A stretch of DNA of 64,000 bases from Octopus vulgaris (GCA_951406725.2 OX597818.1:75330001-75394000); one strand, 5' to 3'; counted from the stretch's first letter, positions 1 through 13,871 are shown. A program made the numbers and translations. The notes: generated by a model not told the origin, from the letters alone.

Positions 1-844
1 ACATCTTGTTTTGTTACCACGAATTAATATTTTCAGAACACTTCAAGGGAATCCAGTCGTGAAATATTCAGAAAGAGAAAATATTTTTTCAGTGTCAGGA
101 ATAGTTAAGAGGTCAGTCATTTGGAAAGTTTGTATAATTTCTGTTACCCAGGCAGAACAAATCTGCATTTGTTGTTATTATAGTTGTTGCTTTCATTTGT
201 TTTCTTTACAGACATCAAGGTATGAAGACAACTTTGTTTTATACAATTTTGTATATATCCTATTCGTTCAATGAACCGATGAGATATATGAAGATATATG
301 TATAGGATATTAACCAGATAATTACAATAACTTTACACTTTTTATTATTGTTATATTGATAGCTGAAAGGCACACGGTCCAAACAGTTGTAAATAGTTGT
401 CCAAAGTAAGCACATTAAAGTATGACAATTGGTAAGATCATTGCATAATTAACGAATGTCTAGCAAGCTTGCAGTATTAACCTCTCCTAGTATTACAGTC
501 GTACGACATAATAACATGCATACATAAGCCACTCGCCAAGTGGACATAACATGAACATGGCATAAAGGAGAAAAAGAAAGGGCTAAAGACGAGATCTCAT
601 TTCATTCGTCTAATCTCGATAAATTTCTGTAACCTATTATAATCAAATATATGTATGTGTGCGTATGTATCTGTATGTATGCATGTGTGTGTATGTGTGT
701 GTGTGCGCGTGTGTGTGTGTGTGTGATGTGTGTGTGTGTGTGCCACAGTGTCACGGTATCGATATGATGTATAGAATGTTCTTATACATCACTAGTCACA
801 ATGCGCTTTGCATTCTATTAGCTTTCGAATGCTGACAAGGCAAG

Positions 845-1008
845 CAGGCCAACATTCCCCCAGATTGGTAGGCTATTCCGCCTCAGGGAGCAACATGAAA
901 TAAAGTGTTTTGCACAAGAACAAAACGCGCCGCCCATTTCGGATATTGAACCCACGATTTAGCGATTGAGGGTGCAATAACCCTAATCACTAAGTCATGC
1001 GTTTTCAT
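845..1008 (-). mobile_element. tRNA-derived SINE, 5' part (CORE-like), degenerate
   Basis: The reverse complement shows A-box (TGACTTAGTGA) and B-box (GGTTCAATATCC) like motifs followed by GCGCGTTTTGTTCTTGTGCAAAACACTTTATTTCA, similar to the SINE at 10024-10350. Confidence 0.6.
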
Positions 1009-1013
1009 GCTGG

Positions 1014-1111
<98 letters not shown>

Positions 1112-1293
1112 ACATCATGAAAATTTTTAAGATTCGAGAGAATGTGAAATAATTCTTATTTGGGACAGTGGATTTTGAAGCAGATGATAAAGTTATATAT
1201 AATAGCTTGTATAGATTGGCTTAGAAAATAGTGGGATCGAAAAAGTTGAAAGCAGCCTCTGACTTTTGCTACCCAATATTTACATGCTTTAAA

Positions 1294-1505
1294 GGCGGCG
1301 AGCAGGCAGAATCTTTAGCATGCCAGGCGGAAATGCTTAACAACATTTCGTCCGTCTTCAGGTTCTGAATCCAAATTCCGCAGAGGTCGACTTTGCCTTT
1401 CATCCTTTCAGGTGTGATAAAATAAGTACCAGTTGAGTGCTGGGGTCGACGCTATTGACTTAACTCCTCCCCGAAATTACTGGTCTTGTGCCAAAATTTG
1501 AAATC
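1294..1505 (+). mobile_element. tRNA-derived SINE with GTCGACTTTGCCTTTCATCCTTTC...GATAAAATAAGTACCAG central domain
   Basis: GGCAGAATC..TAGCA head, B-box-like region and conserved central domain; related copies at 16836-17046 and 40646-40845. Confidence 0.75.
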
Positions 1506-1525
1506 GATGTTTACATGCATATATA

Positions 1526-1659
<134 letters not shown>

Positions 1660-1721
1660 TATATATATATATGTATATATATATATGTGTGTATATATGT
1701 GTGTGTGTGTGTGTGTGTATA

Positions 1722-2628
1722 CTAGGTCTGATTAGTAAGTATCCGGATTGTTGCCATTGTAACGAAGCTAAAGCAAATAGAGTGAAGCCGCTGGACTAAG
1801 ATTGATCTCAAATTCAATTGTGCATACGCACCAAGTTTTGATGTTCTCGTTCACTTCCGCTCTTTACAGTAGTGCTTGGAAGGGAGTTATGTAGAGTGTG
1901 ATCGTCGCATTGACCACGACAAAGAAAGCTGTCATGGCGATACCTGTTAATAAGCCTACTCAAAGTTGCAGAAAGTGTATGAGCCACACACAAGTGTACG
2001 AGTGGTTTAGACGTTTCCAAGATGACCGAAAGAATGTCGATATTGACGAACGTTCTGGGAGACCCACAACTAGGAGAACTGAGAAAAACATCGCAGATGT
2101 CCGTGCAGCTGGGAAGGGAAATCGTCGGATCACCATCCGTGAGTTATCAGAGGATGTGCAAATTAGTTGCGGTTCAGTTCAGTTCATTATCACTGAAGAT
2201 TTGGGTATGAGACGCGTGTCTGCTAAGTTTGTGCTAAAAGTTTCTTTGTAAGCCCTAGTAACGACGGTGTCCTTTTTTACTGAACCACAAAGTTACTATA
2301 ACATAAACACACCAACATGCTTGATTGTGTCGAGAACGATGGAAACTTTTTGAAAACTTTCCGTAGGCCTCTGAACAGGTATCGCTAAGCTTTTGGCAAA
2401 ATTTGATACAGAGTCTCTGCTCAACTTTCTCTGCCATAGTCAAGGCGACTATCACACGCTAAACACATTCCTTCCAAGCACTACTGTAAACAGCGAAAGT
2501 GAGCTAGAATGTTAAAACACTGCGCATGCACAGCAGAGTTGAAGGTCAACTTGTGCCAAGCAGCTTTACTTTGCGTGCTTTAGCTTCGCTACGTTGGTAA
2601 CAGTCCGGATACTTATATATAGACCACT
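1722..2628. mobile_element. mariner-family derivative made of two left ends facing each other
   Basis: TIR-like GGTCTGATTAGTAAGTATCCGG at the left and CCGGATACTTATATATAGACC at the right. The + strand ORF 1898-2251 has the mariner HTH (VYEWFRRF..D.RSGRP..RITIRELS..LGMRRVSAKFV). The - strand ORF 2255-2455 has the N-terminus (EQRLCIKFC). Same family as 54895-55769. Confidence 0.85.
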
Positions 2629-2720
2629 ATATATATATATATATATATATAGTTGGAATTTACAAAAAAAAAAGACGAAGACGGGTGTGTAAACAACAAA
2701 CAGATGTATTAATTTAACGT

Positions 2721-2756
2721 TCTTTTACGTTTCGAGCCTACGTTCTTCAATAGAAA
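2721..2756 (-). ncRNA. degenerate hammerhead-like motif in a PLE pseudo-LTR remnant
   Basis: Minus strand reads CTATTGA-AGAACGTAGGCTC-GAAAC-GTA-AAAG; the core deviates from CUGANGA. Confidence 0.35.
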
Positions 2757-2849
2757 TGAACAAAGAAATAAGCAGAGAGAGAAAATAAAAAAAGATTTAG
2801 TGGCTAGCGATCAATCATGGCTATATTATATATATATGAGTGTTCATGG

Positions 2850-2918
<69 letters not shown>

Positions 2919-2920
<2 letters not shown>

Positions 2921-3774
2921 GAGTGTTCAAGCTAAATTTGACAGTTTACATATAAAGAAAACGCTATATCCTATCCAAAAACTAAAAGAACTTTAAAAAA
3001 TCAAAATATTTCAACTAAATTGTGGTTGAGAGGTAACGGAACTTGGCGCATCCGTTTCTCACTGAATCCCTGGAAGGATCTTCAAACACCACCTTGGTCT
3101 TGGCCACCAGCTCGGCCGTGGTGTTGCTGGTAGAACGGTTGGTGTTTTTCTCAGCCGTGCCCTACACATAATAATCCATGGGATTACAATCGAAGAAATT
3201 AGAATGCAAGAAATTTAGACTGTTGAAGTCGTAAATATTCTCCGACAACCACCTCTGACTCATTCCAGAAGTATGGTAAGGAACCGAATCATGTCACACA
3301 TATGGCCTTCCAGTAGCAAACCCGCTCCAGCCAAGGTTTGACCACAATCTCCAGCAGCTTCATATTGCCATCTAAATTGAACCCAAGGCCCTGTTCAAAG
3401 ATGTGGAGCAGCATGACGTCTGCCTCACTGGAGACACAGTCAAAGAACATCACAGTATGCGGGAACTTGGTTTACCTGATGCTCATGTCACATCTTGCAG
3501 CCTTTACAATATTCATGGAGCTTTGAGCGGCAGTCATGATGTTGGCATTTTAATACCCGGCGTGAAGCATCATGATACGTGTAACTCTCTTCCAATATTC
3601 AGATAACTTTCATTCCTCCATGTTAGCTAACTTTTTCTCCAAATACCGTTGACTTTTCTTGAAAATAGGACACACGAAATCGTCAGATTTAATCCGAATA
3701 CTGTAGTTGAACTGATTTCGAAGTCACGACTAACTTACAAGCATCAAACTTGTCAGATCATGGTGAGCAACATG
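2919..3774 (-). mobile_element. degenerate, internally deleted Tc1/mariner DD37D (maT-type) transposon
   Basis: Manual minus-strand translation gives TKFPHTVM..VSSE...KPWL...HDSVPYH...DCNPMDYYV*G. There are 37 residues between the second and third catalytic Asp. Confidence 0.7.
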
Positions 3775-3779
3775 TGTGA

Positions 3780-3832
<53 letters not shown>

Positions 3833-3989
3833 TGTACGATTGAATAAACGAGCAATAGAAAGTTGCATTCAACACAAATTTGGTTGAAGTTGCATGTATT
3901 TAATAACAGTTTGGCTCAGCTCCTCATCATAGTTTTAAAATGTTTTAATACCCTTTGTTTAGGTCATGTACTTGCGTACGTAATCATAG

Positions 3990-5080
3990 CGTTACCAGTT
4001 ATTTCATTGATAACTCCACGTAGTTGTGGAAGTAGGATGCTGACTCACTTTATCGGTATTCTGCAGAATATGTTTACCAGTACCAATTCTTTACATTGGA
4101 TACCGCTCGTAGTAGGGTAGGCAAGATACTGGTGTATTTCAATCAATTAATCATCACTGTGTGGAATGTGATACTTACCGATGACAGTTATTACGTGGGA
4201 GTGACTGATTTGATAGTGTCAGATTACAAATGAGTTCGCGTAGACCACATAAATATATAGTCTCTCCAAGCAGCGGATATTGTGTGCCCCGCCATTCTTT
4301 GGTGGGAGTCAGCTAGCCTAGGGTGTATATCCGGGTTATCAGCGGCCAAAGGTTTGAAGTTCATTTACAGAGCATACATTTGGTGACAGCAAGTAGCTAG
4401 TTTGTTTTTCCAGCTGATGAATACTACGCACTGATGGAGTATGTGCAATTTCTCACAGAAGCAGAGCTGGCTTTTAGGGACTCCAAATGTGCAGAGAGGA
4501 GCCCTATCATATATGTTTCTTTAGTTACTTACTGACTGTCATACCCATATATTTTCTTGCCAACGGATGACGTGAGATTGGCTCTATACACCACCGCCTT
4601 TGAGAGGTAGCATTCTCACAGTGGGTAGTTGGCAGGGTTTGGCAGATATAGATTGGAGTGTACGGTGGAGACTATGTGCTTGCATGTTTGCTTACGTTGG
4701 GGCATGTAATGCTGGAAGTAATATTATCTAAGTCTGAGTAGCTAACCTCGACGCTATAGGAATAAAAGAGGAGTTTTTAATACCTATGGGTTATTCGGGA
4801 ATGCTTTCTAATTACGGAGCTTCTAGCCTTGTTAGTGAAAACTTCTAGATTGAAGGAAGGAGTAAACATTACTTTTCTCTTTCTAACTGGATTGGAAGTT
4901 GGATGTGGGGTGTATGAATTTTTTTTTTTTAAGATTCCTGTATAAGCAATCTGATGTGTCAGCGACCTCAGCTCCGTCATAGTTCTTCATGGATACGTCG
5001 AACTGTGGGCCTACCTTTTAGCCCAATAGAAACAGCGTGACTTTCCACCGTTCCTCATAACTCTGATACCGGGGTCACAA
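3990..5080 (-). mobile_element. degenerate Penelope-like element (linker and GIY-YIG remnants)
   Basis: ORF 4777-4980 contains RKRKVMFTPSFNLEVFTN...RKH, resembling the RKR..WFNPPF linker. Downstream on the minus strand are remnants of ..KAVVYRA and YMGMT (GIY-YIG-like). Many stops; boundaries uncertain. Confidence 0.5.
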
Positions 5081-6937
5081 ATTCTGGTGAATTGTTTACA
5101 GAAGTCTAGAACTTGCAAGAGAAGTGGCTTCGATATCGAAGAATGGAAATTCACAATATTATATTGTGTGTATATATATATATATATTGTTTTATACGAT
5201 CACCTCATATGCATAAATCATGCTACTAATAGTTTCACGTACATGGAAACCCGAGTACGTTCTTCAGGCGTGGTCTATTCTACCAAACCAAGCAGTTTAA
5301 AACATTTTTACTCGCACTATATGGAGTACTCTTTTTGCTGAACCGTATTACACGGAGCAATTTATATATATATATAACACGTAAGTATTATTGCGAGGTA
5401 TAAACAACTGCGGTTTTATGGTCATTGAATGCGTTTTGAACTCAGATCCTGCCATGGTTGACTGTATTTTTTTTCATTCTTACTGAGTTGATGATACCAG
5501 AACATGCAATACACGGACTCCATTCATTATATTTTTTTTCATTAATTTTAGACTACAGATATAACAGAGCTCATATTATTATATTTATTTCAACGACGAT
5601 ATATAAAATTAGACCCATATTAGAGTCAAAGCTTTGATATAGCATTTACATCAAACATAAGAGGAAACTGCATATTGGCATTACTGATTACCCGTGGCTG
5701 CTATTTTCAAAAGAATTCTTTCCAAAATTCTATATTAAAAGCAACTATCATTTCTTGGGATAAAAAAGGGAAAATGGTATAGTACCTCATGACAGATTTG
5801 GTGAATTTAAAGCAATAATAGCTGCGACAGTATGTATTTTCGTCTTTAAGAACCTGTTTAGCTTATTCAACTTCATAAACAAATTGAAGTCACGAACGAG
5901 ATTTGTTATCGTGCGGGGAGTGAAAGTTTAAATTTCGATAGTGTAATCTACTAAACATTGTGTTAAACAAAAGAGGGAATAAATTTCAGATCAATCTCTG
6001 CCGTTTCGAGTTCAAATCCATTGAGTGCAATATAGTATTTAATCCTTTCCACTTGAAAGTTTACTCTCTGCTGGTGTGCATATAAAAGGAAAGCAGAATT
6101 CCCTAACGACAAAAGAGAATTGCAAACTCATTAGGATTATGTTATTATGTTAAAATGTCGTAAACTGTACTCGTTATTCTCATTTTGCCATTTTTATTTT
6201 TATTTTTTTGCCCAGAATAATGAATATTGGGGTACAGCTATAAACCTTGCAAGAATTTAAATTCAGAAATATATGTCAACAAATTAATTTTAAATATTTC
6301 ATTTTGCTTTAACAGTAGAAATATTACTGGCGGAAATTCACGAAGGAAACCGTTCTGCTCAACATTTTTAGTAAAATTCGAACGTTGTGATAACAGAGTA
6401 AAGTTTAATGATGTCACTGCATGGGTTAACACATATTAGATAATGCTTCTAGATATAAAATTAAAAAGTAAATAATAACGAATAAATTATCGGCTAAGAA
6501 ATTGTTGTGATAAACATAAGATGGAAAATAAAAATATTTGGAGAAAACCAAACATCTATAAAACTGCTGTTTGTTTCTCAAAAACTTTTCATTCAGAATA
6601 AATCATCCAAGGGGAATTAACGATAAATTTCAAAACCCTTCGAGAAATATCAAATCGCCCCGTTCGCATACACATATACATGTGTGTATGGTAAATACAC
6701 ACACAGGCGCAGGCACACACAGGCGCAGGCACACACAGGCGCAGGCACACACACACACATATATGTATATATTTATATGTATACATTCATATATAATTAT
6801 AAATATATATAAATATATATAAATATATAAATATATACATATATATATATATAGATATAGATACATACATGTATATATGTACACTTTATCTATATGTATT
6901 TCTAGATATATACACAAATATATACGTATATACGTAT

Positions 6938-6995
<58 letters not shown>

Positions 6996-7122
6996 ATATA
7001 TAAATTCATGCATATATACATATATGTATAAATATATTTATATATTTATACATATACAAATATATGTATGCTTGTGTGCGTGTGCATACATAAATATCTA
7101 TACATGTGTATTAGTATATGCA

Positions 7123-7230
<108 letters not shown>

Positions 7231-7801
7231 CATACATACATACATATATACGTATACATATAAATATATATACATATACATATATGCATATATAAATCCG
7301 TACATACAAACATACGAACATGCATGTGAACATAGATTGAGACATAGAAACAAACGCCTACATGTCTTCAGTTTTGACAAATCTTGTCCACTTTTTTTAA
7401 ATAAAAAACATAATTTTTCTGTCAACAAAATCCTGAAATTCAGAATTTATTATTATCATCATCACCATCATCACCATCATTTTCATCATCATCCTCATCA
7501 TCATCGTCGTCGTTGTCGTCGTCATCATCATCATCATCATCATCATACGATAAAGAGATTCAAACAATTTCTATGCTAACACTCCTTCCGATAGCTTTTG
7601 TCATGTACTTTTTATATACAAAATAACAAATCGTCTAGAAATGGCTTGCATGTTGGTGGCTTTTATCTTTTCAGCAATTTGTTAATATTAACATCTTATT
7701 ACGTATATATTGCAATTATGATACACAGCCGTACATATTTACAAACATACATGTATATATATATATAGTTGTGTATATGTATATATACATGTATGCAAAT
7801 A

Positions 7802-7892
<91 letters not shown>

Positions 7893-7973
7893 TATGTATT
7901 ATATATATAGTATATGTATTATATGTATGTATATATGTATATATATATATATATTAATATACATGTATATATA

Positions 7974-8016
<43 letters not shown>

Positions 8017-9186
8017 ACACTGGAAGATGAACAGACAAATAGACATAGAGCAGAAGGGTATGTGGAGATATGTGGATAGATACATACATACATACATACA
8101 TACATTCATTCATGCATATAGTTATATATTTATATTATGTATTGTACTATAATTTTATACTCTTTTATATTGCCATATAATATATTAAATTATCTGTATT
8201 GTTCATTATATAAAATTTATATATGTAAATATATATATATGTACATTTGTATGTGTGTTCATATATATATATATATATAAACTCACACACACACACACAC
8301 ACACACATACATATATATATATGTACACACACACATACATATATATTTGTGGGTACACCCATGTATAAGCGCGTGTGTGTGTATGTGTGTATGTGTGTGT
8401 GTTAAATTCTGTAGAATGTATATACCTATTTATTATACACTAAATTTTTAAACTCCTATGCGATGCCACAATTTTAAATGTCATTTTTTCAACCTTCCAT
8501 ATTGAAATATTCGTTATATTTTCGTTTGCTATTTTCTTCGTTATCTTCTTAACCGCTAAATGTTTATTCGGTTGGATATTGATGAAAGCTGCTATCTAAA
8601 TAGATGATGCCAGCTCCCTGTTTTTTCACTAAGGAAGTTTAAAGAGTTAATAGCTCTACTGCATATCATCTTTTTGCAAACTATCCATTTTCTAATTTGA
8701 TGTGGTCGTAAACTGTTAGAAAAAGTTTCAATATGTTTGCAATATTCACAAAAGATACATATTCGAAAATTGATTTTATAATTTATCACAGAGATACAGC
8801 TGTCTATCTTTGTTGCCAGCTTCATTGAAATACTTTGCGCTGTTCTTGCTTGCTGCAGTTTAGGTTCAAACTCGCTCATGTTAAATCTCGTTTCATTCTT
8901 TGGGGATTTGATAAAATAAAGTATCAATAACGTACGAATAAAGTACCAATAATGTACCAGTTCGAGGCGATGGATAATCGAAATTGGTGGAGCATGGGAT
9001 GGAATATTTTGCTGTATTTTGTCTGGTTTAACACTACCATCTAGTTCTTGAGCACTTTTAACGGAATTGACACTGTTACAAGTATTCAAGGATCATTCCC
9101 TCTCATTATCTCACAATTCTCAAAAATTTTCAGAGGGTCTAAAAATACATGAATCATCAGGCTGCCCTTTCTTTCTTACTGAGTGG

Positions 9187-9247
<61 letters not shown>

Positions 9248-9269
9248 CATACATACATACATACATACA

Positions 9270-9299
<30 letters not shown>

Positions 9300-9300
<1 letters not shown>

Positions 9301-9346
9301 CTAGGTTAGAAACCGGTTCAGCCTCAATAATAAACTGAATAATGAC
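9300..9346 (+). mobile_element. isolated 3' end of an RLE-type LINE within (CATA)n
   Basis: CTAGGTTAGAAACCGGTTC...AATAAACTGAATAATGAC matches the 3' end of the element at 58538-58600 (reverse complement); (ACAT)n on both sides. Confidence 0.65.
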
Positions 9347-9599
9347 ATACATACATACGCACACATAGATACACTAACACACACACACATACATATAAAG
9401 AACATCTTCGCTGCTGAATACATGCATATTAACACAAAGAATAGAGGTAGAACATTCTTATCAAAACTTCTGCCAAGTTCAAAGTTAGCAGGCTTTATTG
9501 GGGACAGTAAAGGAGTTATGCACAGTCACAGTCAATTTTTAGAGCCTCTGAGAATTTGAGAATTGTGCGATAATGAGAGGGAATGATCCTTCAATACTC

Positions 9600-9887
9600 G
9601 TAACCCTAACCTCTGCAGATGTGTATATCTGTTCCAGTCTCAGCAAGAAGTATATTGATGGACAACTGCTCCGAAACCTTAAACTCCTCTACCCTGATTA
9701 TAAATTTACATTTATACCACTAATCATCGGTGCACTTGTTTATGTTAGTAAATTTCTAAGCCACAATGAGGAGATTCTAAGATTTTCAGGTAACAAAAAA
9801 AAAAAGGCCGGCTATCAAGAACTTTACAGACAATCTGTAAATGAAATAGTAAAAATATCCGAAACTTTCCAAAAATTCAGTATGTAA
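9600..9887 (+). mobile_element. C-terminal fragment of an RLE-type (R4-like) non-LTR retrotransposon
   Basis: LLRNLKLLYPDYKFTFIPLIIGAL...FQKF aligns with LRNLELLNRDYNFRFIPVIIGALG...FQRF at 58768-58983. Confidence 0.7.
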
Positions 9888-10023
9888 CAATTATCGATGT
9901 TGTTATCCGATTTCCAATGATGGTTTCCAATTTGGGTTTCTTTCCTTCTATGAAGAATTATAATACACAAATAAAAGTAATGCTAAGCCTAAACACTGGC
10001 ATAAGTACGTGTATATGTTTGTG

Positions 10024-10350
10024 TGAAGGCATGTGGCTTAGTGGTTAGGGGATTCGGCTCAAGATCGTAAGGTCGTGAGTTCGATTTCCAGCGGCGCGTT
10101 GTGTCCTTGAGCGAGACATTTTACTTCACGTTACTCCAGTTCATTCAGCTAGCAAAACTTTATTGTACCTGCAATTCAAAGGGTCAGCCTTGTCACGTTC
10201 TGGGTCACACTGAATCTCCCCGAGAACTACGTAAAAGGTACGCGTGTCTGTGGATTGCTCAGCCACTTCCACGTTAATTTCACGAACCGACTCTTCCGTT
10301 GATCGGGCGAACTGGTACTCTTGTAATTGTAACCGACGGAGTGCCAGTCA
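10024..10350 (+). mobile_element. tRNA-derived CORE-type SINE
   Basis: A box TGGCTTAGTGG, B box GAGTTCGATTTC, then the CORE-like GTGTCCTTGAGCGAGACATTTTACTTCAC; ends next to (GT)n. Confidence 0.8.
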
Positions 10351-10632
10351 TGTGTGTGTGTGTGTAATATTTGTGTGAGCATCGGTATGATGGTAAGATT
10401 AAAAGATTTTTTCTAGAAATATGAAGAAACTTCATTCAAGATTTAGACCATTAACTGTGTAGTCATATTTGTGTGTATGAAGGCATTTATTTATCTACAT
10501 ATGTATATGTGGATGCATGAATGTCATTTCGGTGTGAATCTGTATCTTTTGACTTATGTATGCGTCTATATACATACGCCTACTTGTCCATACGTGTGTA
10601 TGTGTGTGTGTGTGCATGTGTGTGTGTGTGTG

Positions 10633-10665
<33 letters not shown>

Positions 10666-10754
10666 TGTACTTCAAGCTATAAATTCGTTTTGTTTTACAT
10701 ATTTTTACTGATTCATTCATGCTTTGTATGTTTATATATATATATTAGCTGGCA

Positions 10755-10817
10755 AACTTTGGCTGATGAGAAATCAGGCACCTATTTGGTGCTAAATTCC
10801 GAAACCGGTACCAAGTT
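10755..10817 (+). ncRNA. minimal type-I hammerhead ribozyme
   Basis: Stem I AACTT(T)GG/CCAAGTT; core CTGATGA (10763-10769); stem II with GCACC-TATTT-GGTGC; GAAAC; palindromic ACCGGT stem III; cleavage triplet GTA. Confidence 0.8.
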
Positions 10818-11084
10818 GAACAGCATTACGTGTTCTGACCCAGTAGAGGTAAGACGTTATTATTGTTCTCTGATTTTTTTCCGATCATGTCTGCAGTAGA
10901 TTTGTGACTGTTCGGTGGTACAGAAGTATTTTTGACTTCTATTTTTTTAGCGATGTAAGAAGTACTTATGTTGTGCCCTTGTGTATATTTGTACATATCT
11001 AATATTGTATGTATATATTTTATTAATTTGCCTGTACGGCTGATAATTCGCTTCCCACTCGTGACGATATTTTAATAAAACCAT

Positions 11085-11119
<35 letters not shown>

Positions 11120-11121
11120 TA

Positions 11122-11226
<105 letters not shown>

Positions 11227-12160
11227 GTATGCTTCTGTATGTATTTATGCATTTACATTTATGTACATACATACTTGCGGATGTTTGTATCTATACATCT
11301 GTATGTATGACGAGTAAACACGGAAGGACAGATAAAACAGATAAAAGCCATTCTTGCCCAAACATCCCCAGACAGTTGTTTGCAAGGTAAGCTATAAATT
11401 ATGTCGAATTACTTGGCGAAAATTTCCAACAAATAAAAAGACCAAACAAAAATACTAGTAAACCCCATAAATACTAAAAACTTTTCCTTATTAGTGTAAG
11501 GTGTAATAAAATTTCCCACTGCGACAGACTACTCCTGCACCAATTGTATATAGGGCGGCATTGATTGGCTAAGTTCCAGCAATTTTTAACGTCAGGTGAT
11601 GAACAAGAAGCGCCATGATACTTAAATAGCAAGAGGAAACTATAAAATATAACGGAAGATGATTATTGTTTTCATGTTCATTGTGTATGTCTGTGTTTTT
11701 CTCTGCGTCGGGGGATTATTTATTTATTTATTTGTGTTTTTGACCAATCATATTGAGATAGCAATCGTGGGACTACAAATCATTTTTAACAATAATGGTT
11801 GATATCTTGAGACATCTCTTCTCTTTACCTGAATGTGTTTCTCAGGTCTTGTATACGTATATGTACATATATATATATATATATTTGTGTGTTAGTATGC
11901 ATGTATTAATATATGTATGTGTACATATGTATATATATGTATATATATATTTATATACATATATATGTAAGCGTATATATATATATGTGTGTGTGTGTGT
12001 GTATTATCTGTAGAGATATATGTATATATGTTTGTTAGACTATGTCTATATGTTTATGCACACTTGTGCATGTGTATACATATACACACATATACAAATA
12101 CACATACACACAAACGTGTGTGTGCTGCGCGCGCGTACCTGTGTGTGTCTACATACATAC

Positions 12161-12161
<1 letters not shown>

Positions 12162-12257
<96 letters not shown>
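12162..12257. repeat. (GATA)n microsatellite
   Basis: Perfect tetranucleotide run. Confidence 0.95.
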
Positions 12258-12513
12258 TCTTCCTTTGGCGCTTACGTCAGTTCTGTTTGTTCTGCTTTTA
12301 TAAGAGTTCAGACCAAACACCAACGAAATAGCAAGGCTTCTTTGTTTGAGTGAAGACAGTTCTAAATATTTATTAATATGCGAATTAGTGTATGCGTGTG
12401 TGTATATGTGTTGTGGCAGAATCTTTAGCACACCGGGCGACTTTATCCCTTTGTCTGTTCTTGTCTGTCCTGGTCTGTCCCCTCTACGTTTAGCCCCCTG
12501 TAGGCAATAAAGT

Positions 12514-12555
<42 letters not shown>

Positions 12556-12558
<3 letters not shown>

Positions 12559-13114
12559 AAATCACCTCCAAAGCTTTCACCATTCAAACTGACCAAAAGA
12601 TAGATACGAATAAGCCAGACATTATAATGAGAGACTTCAGACAAAACTCTTGCCTCCTCATTGATATGACTGTCCCAATCGATATAAATGTATCTGTCAA
12701 GACCTACCAAAAAAACTGCGCAAGTATAAAGATCTTGAAATAGAAATTGGCAAAATGTGGAACCTCAAGACTAAAACAATACCTGTTGTCATGGATGTCC
12801 TTGGAATGATAGCAAAAGGGTTGATTGCTACATAGCTCAGATACCAGGAAACCCCAAAATAGCAGAAATTCAAAAGATAGTGCATATGGGAAATACTCAT
12901 ATCCTACGTAACGTACTGCCTATGTAATCACAAATTTTGAAACAAACTCATAATTTGTTTTCTTAAACATTCTCTAAAACAATACTATGTGCAAAACCAA
13001 ATATATGACACTCTAGGCGTAACACTAACATGAAATTCTAACTTGTTGTCTCTTGAGGTCTCTGGGCGAGACTTGGAGCCAAATTGTACAAATACAAAAC
13101 AAAAGTTCAACATG
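12556..13114 (+). mobile_element. 3' fragment of an R4/Dong-like LINE (restriction-like endonuclease) ending in (TAA)n
   Basis: Manual translation gives FTIQTDQKIDTNKPDII...LIDMTVP...[frameshift]KYKDLEIEIGKMWNLKTKTIPVV..LG (PD..D..K RLE motif); the 3' UTR runs into TAA repeats. Confidence 0.8.
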
Positions 13115-13137
13115 TAATAATATTAATAATAATAATA

Positions 13138-13222
13138 GGATCACAACAAACCACAGCACATACCCAAGGCACATAAAGCTGTGCTCGGTAGTGCAGTGAA
13201 AGCACGTGTAAAAATAAGACTA

Positions 13223-13226
<4 letters not shown>
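13138..13226 (+). mobile_element. short retroelement 3' end between (TAA)n tracts, copy 1
   Basis: CACAACAAACCACAGCAC..CCCAAGGCAC...AAAATAAGACTACTG-(AAT)n; closely similar to 13872-13962. Confidence 0.6.
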
Positions 13227-13287
<61 letters not shown>

Positions 13288-13289
<2 letters not shown>

Positions 13290-13836
13290 GCCCTGATGCA
13301 GTACCAGACAGTGGCTCTCATGGCTTCTGATCTTAACTGATTGGAAGTGTTATCATGTACATGGGTTTGTCTTGGTATAAAAGATGGGCTACAGCAAATA
13401 TTCTGCTCAATGCCACAGTTGTCAGTTGTTTGACCTTAACCAGTTGGGCATGTCCCTTAGTGGCTGACGATATGTGCATCTCTGATCACGAGCAGAAGTA
13501 GTGGGGGGCATCATAGCCGTGTGTTTAAAGGAATTCTTAGAGGTTTGGATAATTCACCTTTGGAAACACGGGTGGTTCGTTCAACATCCTTAAGCAATCC
13601 TTATTCAGGGACCTTTTGAGCGGGATGGGCTACTCAACCAGAAGAAAAGTCTAACTGGACTCCACCTGCAAGGTCATACGCTGTTTATCTTGACATGAGA
13701 TCACCATGTCGCGCACATATGGTTGTGATGCATGTTCCTCGTGTACCGTTATCAGACGGGTAGTCATGATGGGTATATTGGGCTTCGTATATTTTACCCC
13801 AGTGTCACTTTGATGGCATGCACTGCTCTCTCAGTC
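13288..13836. mobile_element. ~550 bp non-coding interspersed element flanked by (TAA)n
   Basis: Higher-GC block with sharp boundaries in TAA tracts on both sides; no ORF. Confidence 0.5.
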
Positions 13837-13871
13837 AATAATAATAATAATAATAATAATAACAATAATAA

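Noticed and set aside
5635-5637. In-frame TGA as selenocysteine in the candidate exon
   Set aside because: A TAA follows in the same frame and no SECIS was identified.
7452-7545. His/Arg-rich tract resembling a metal-binding peptide
   Set aside because: (CAT)n/(CGT)n microsatellite with no supporting gene structure.
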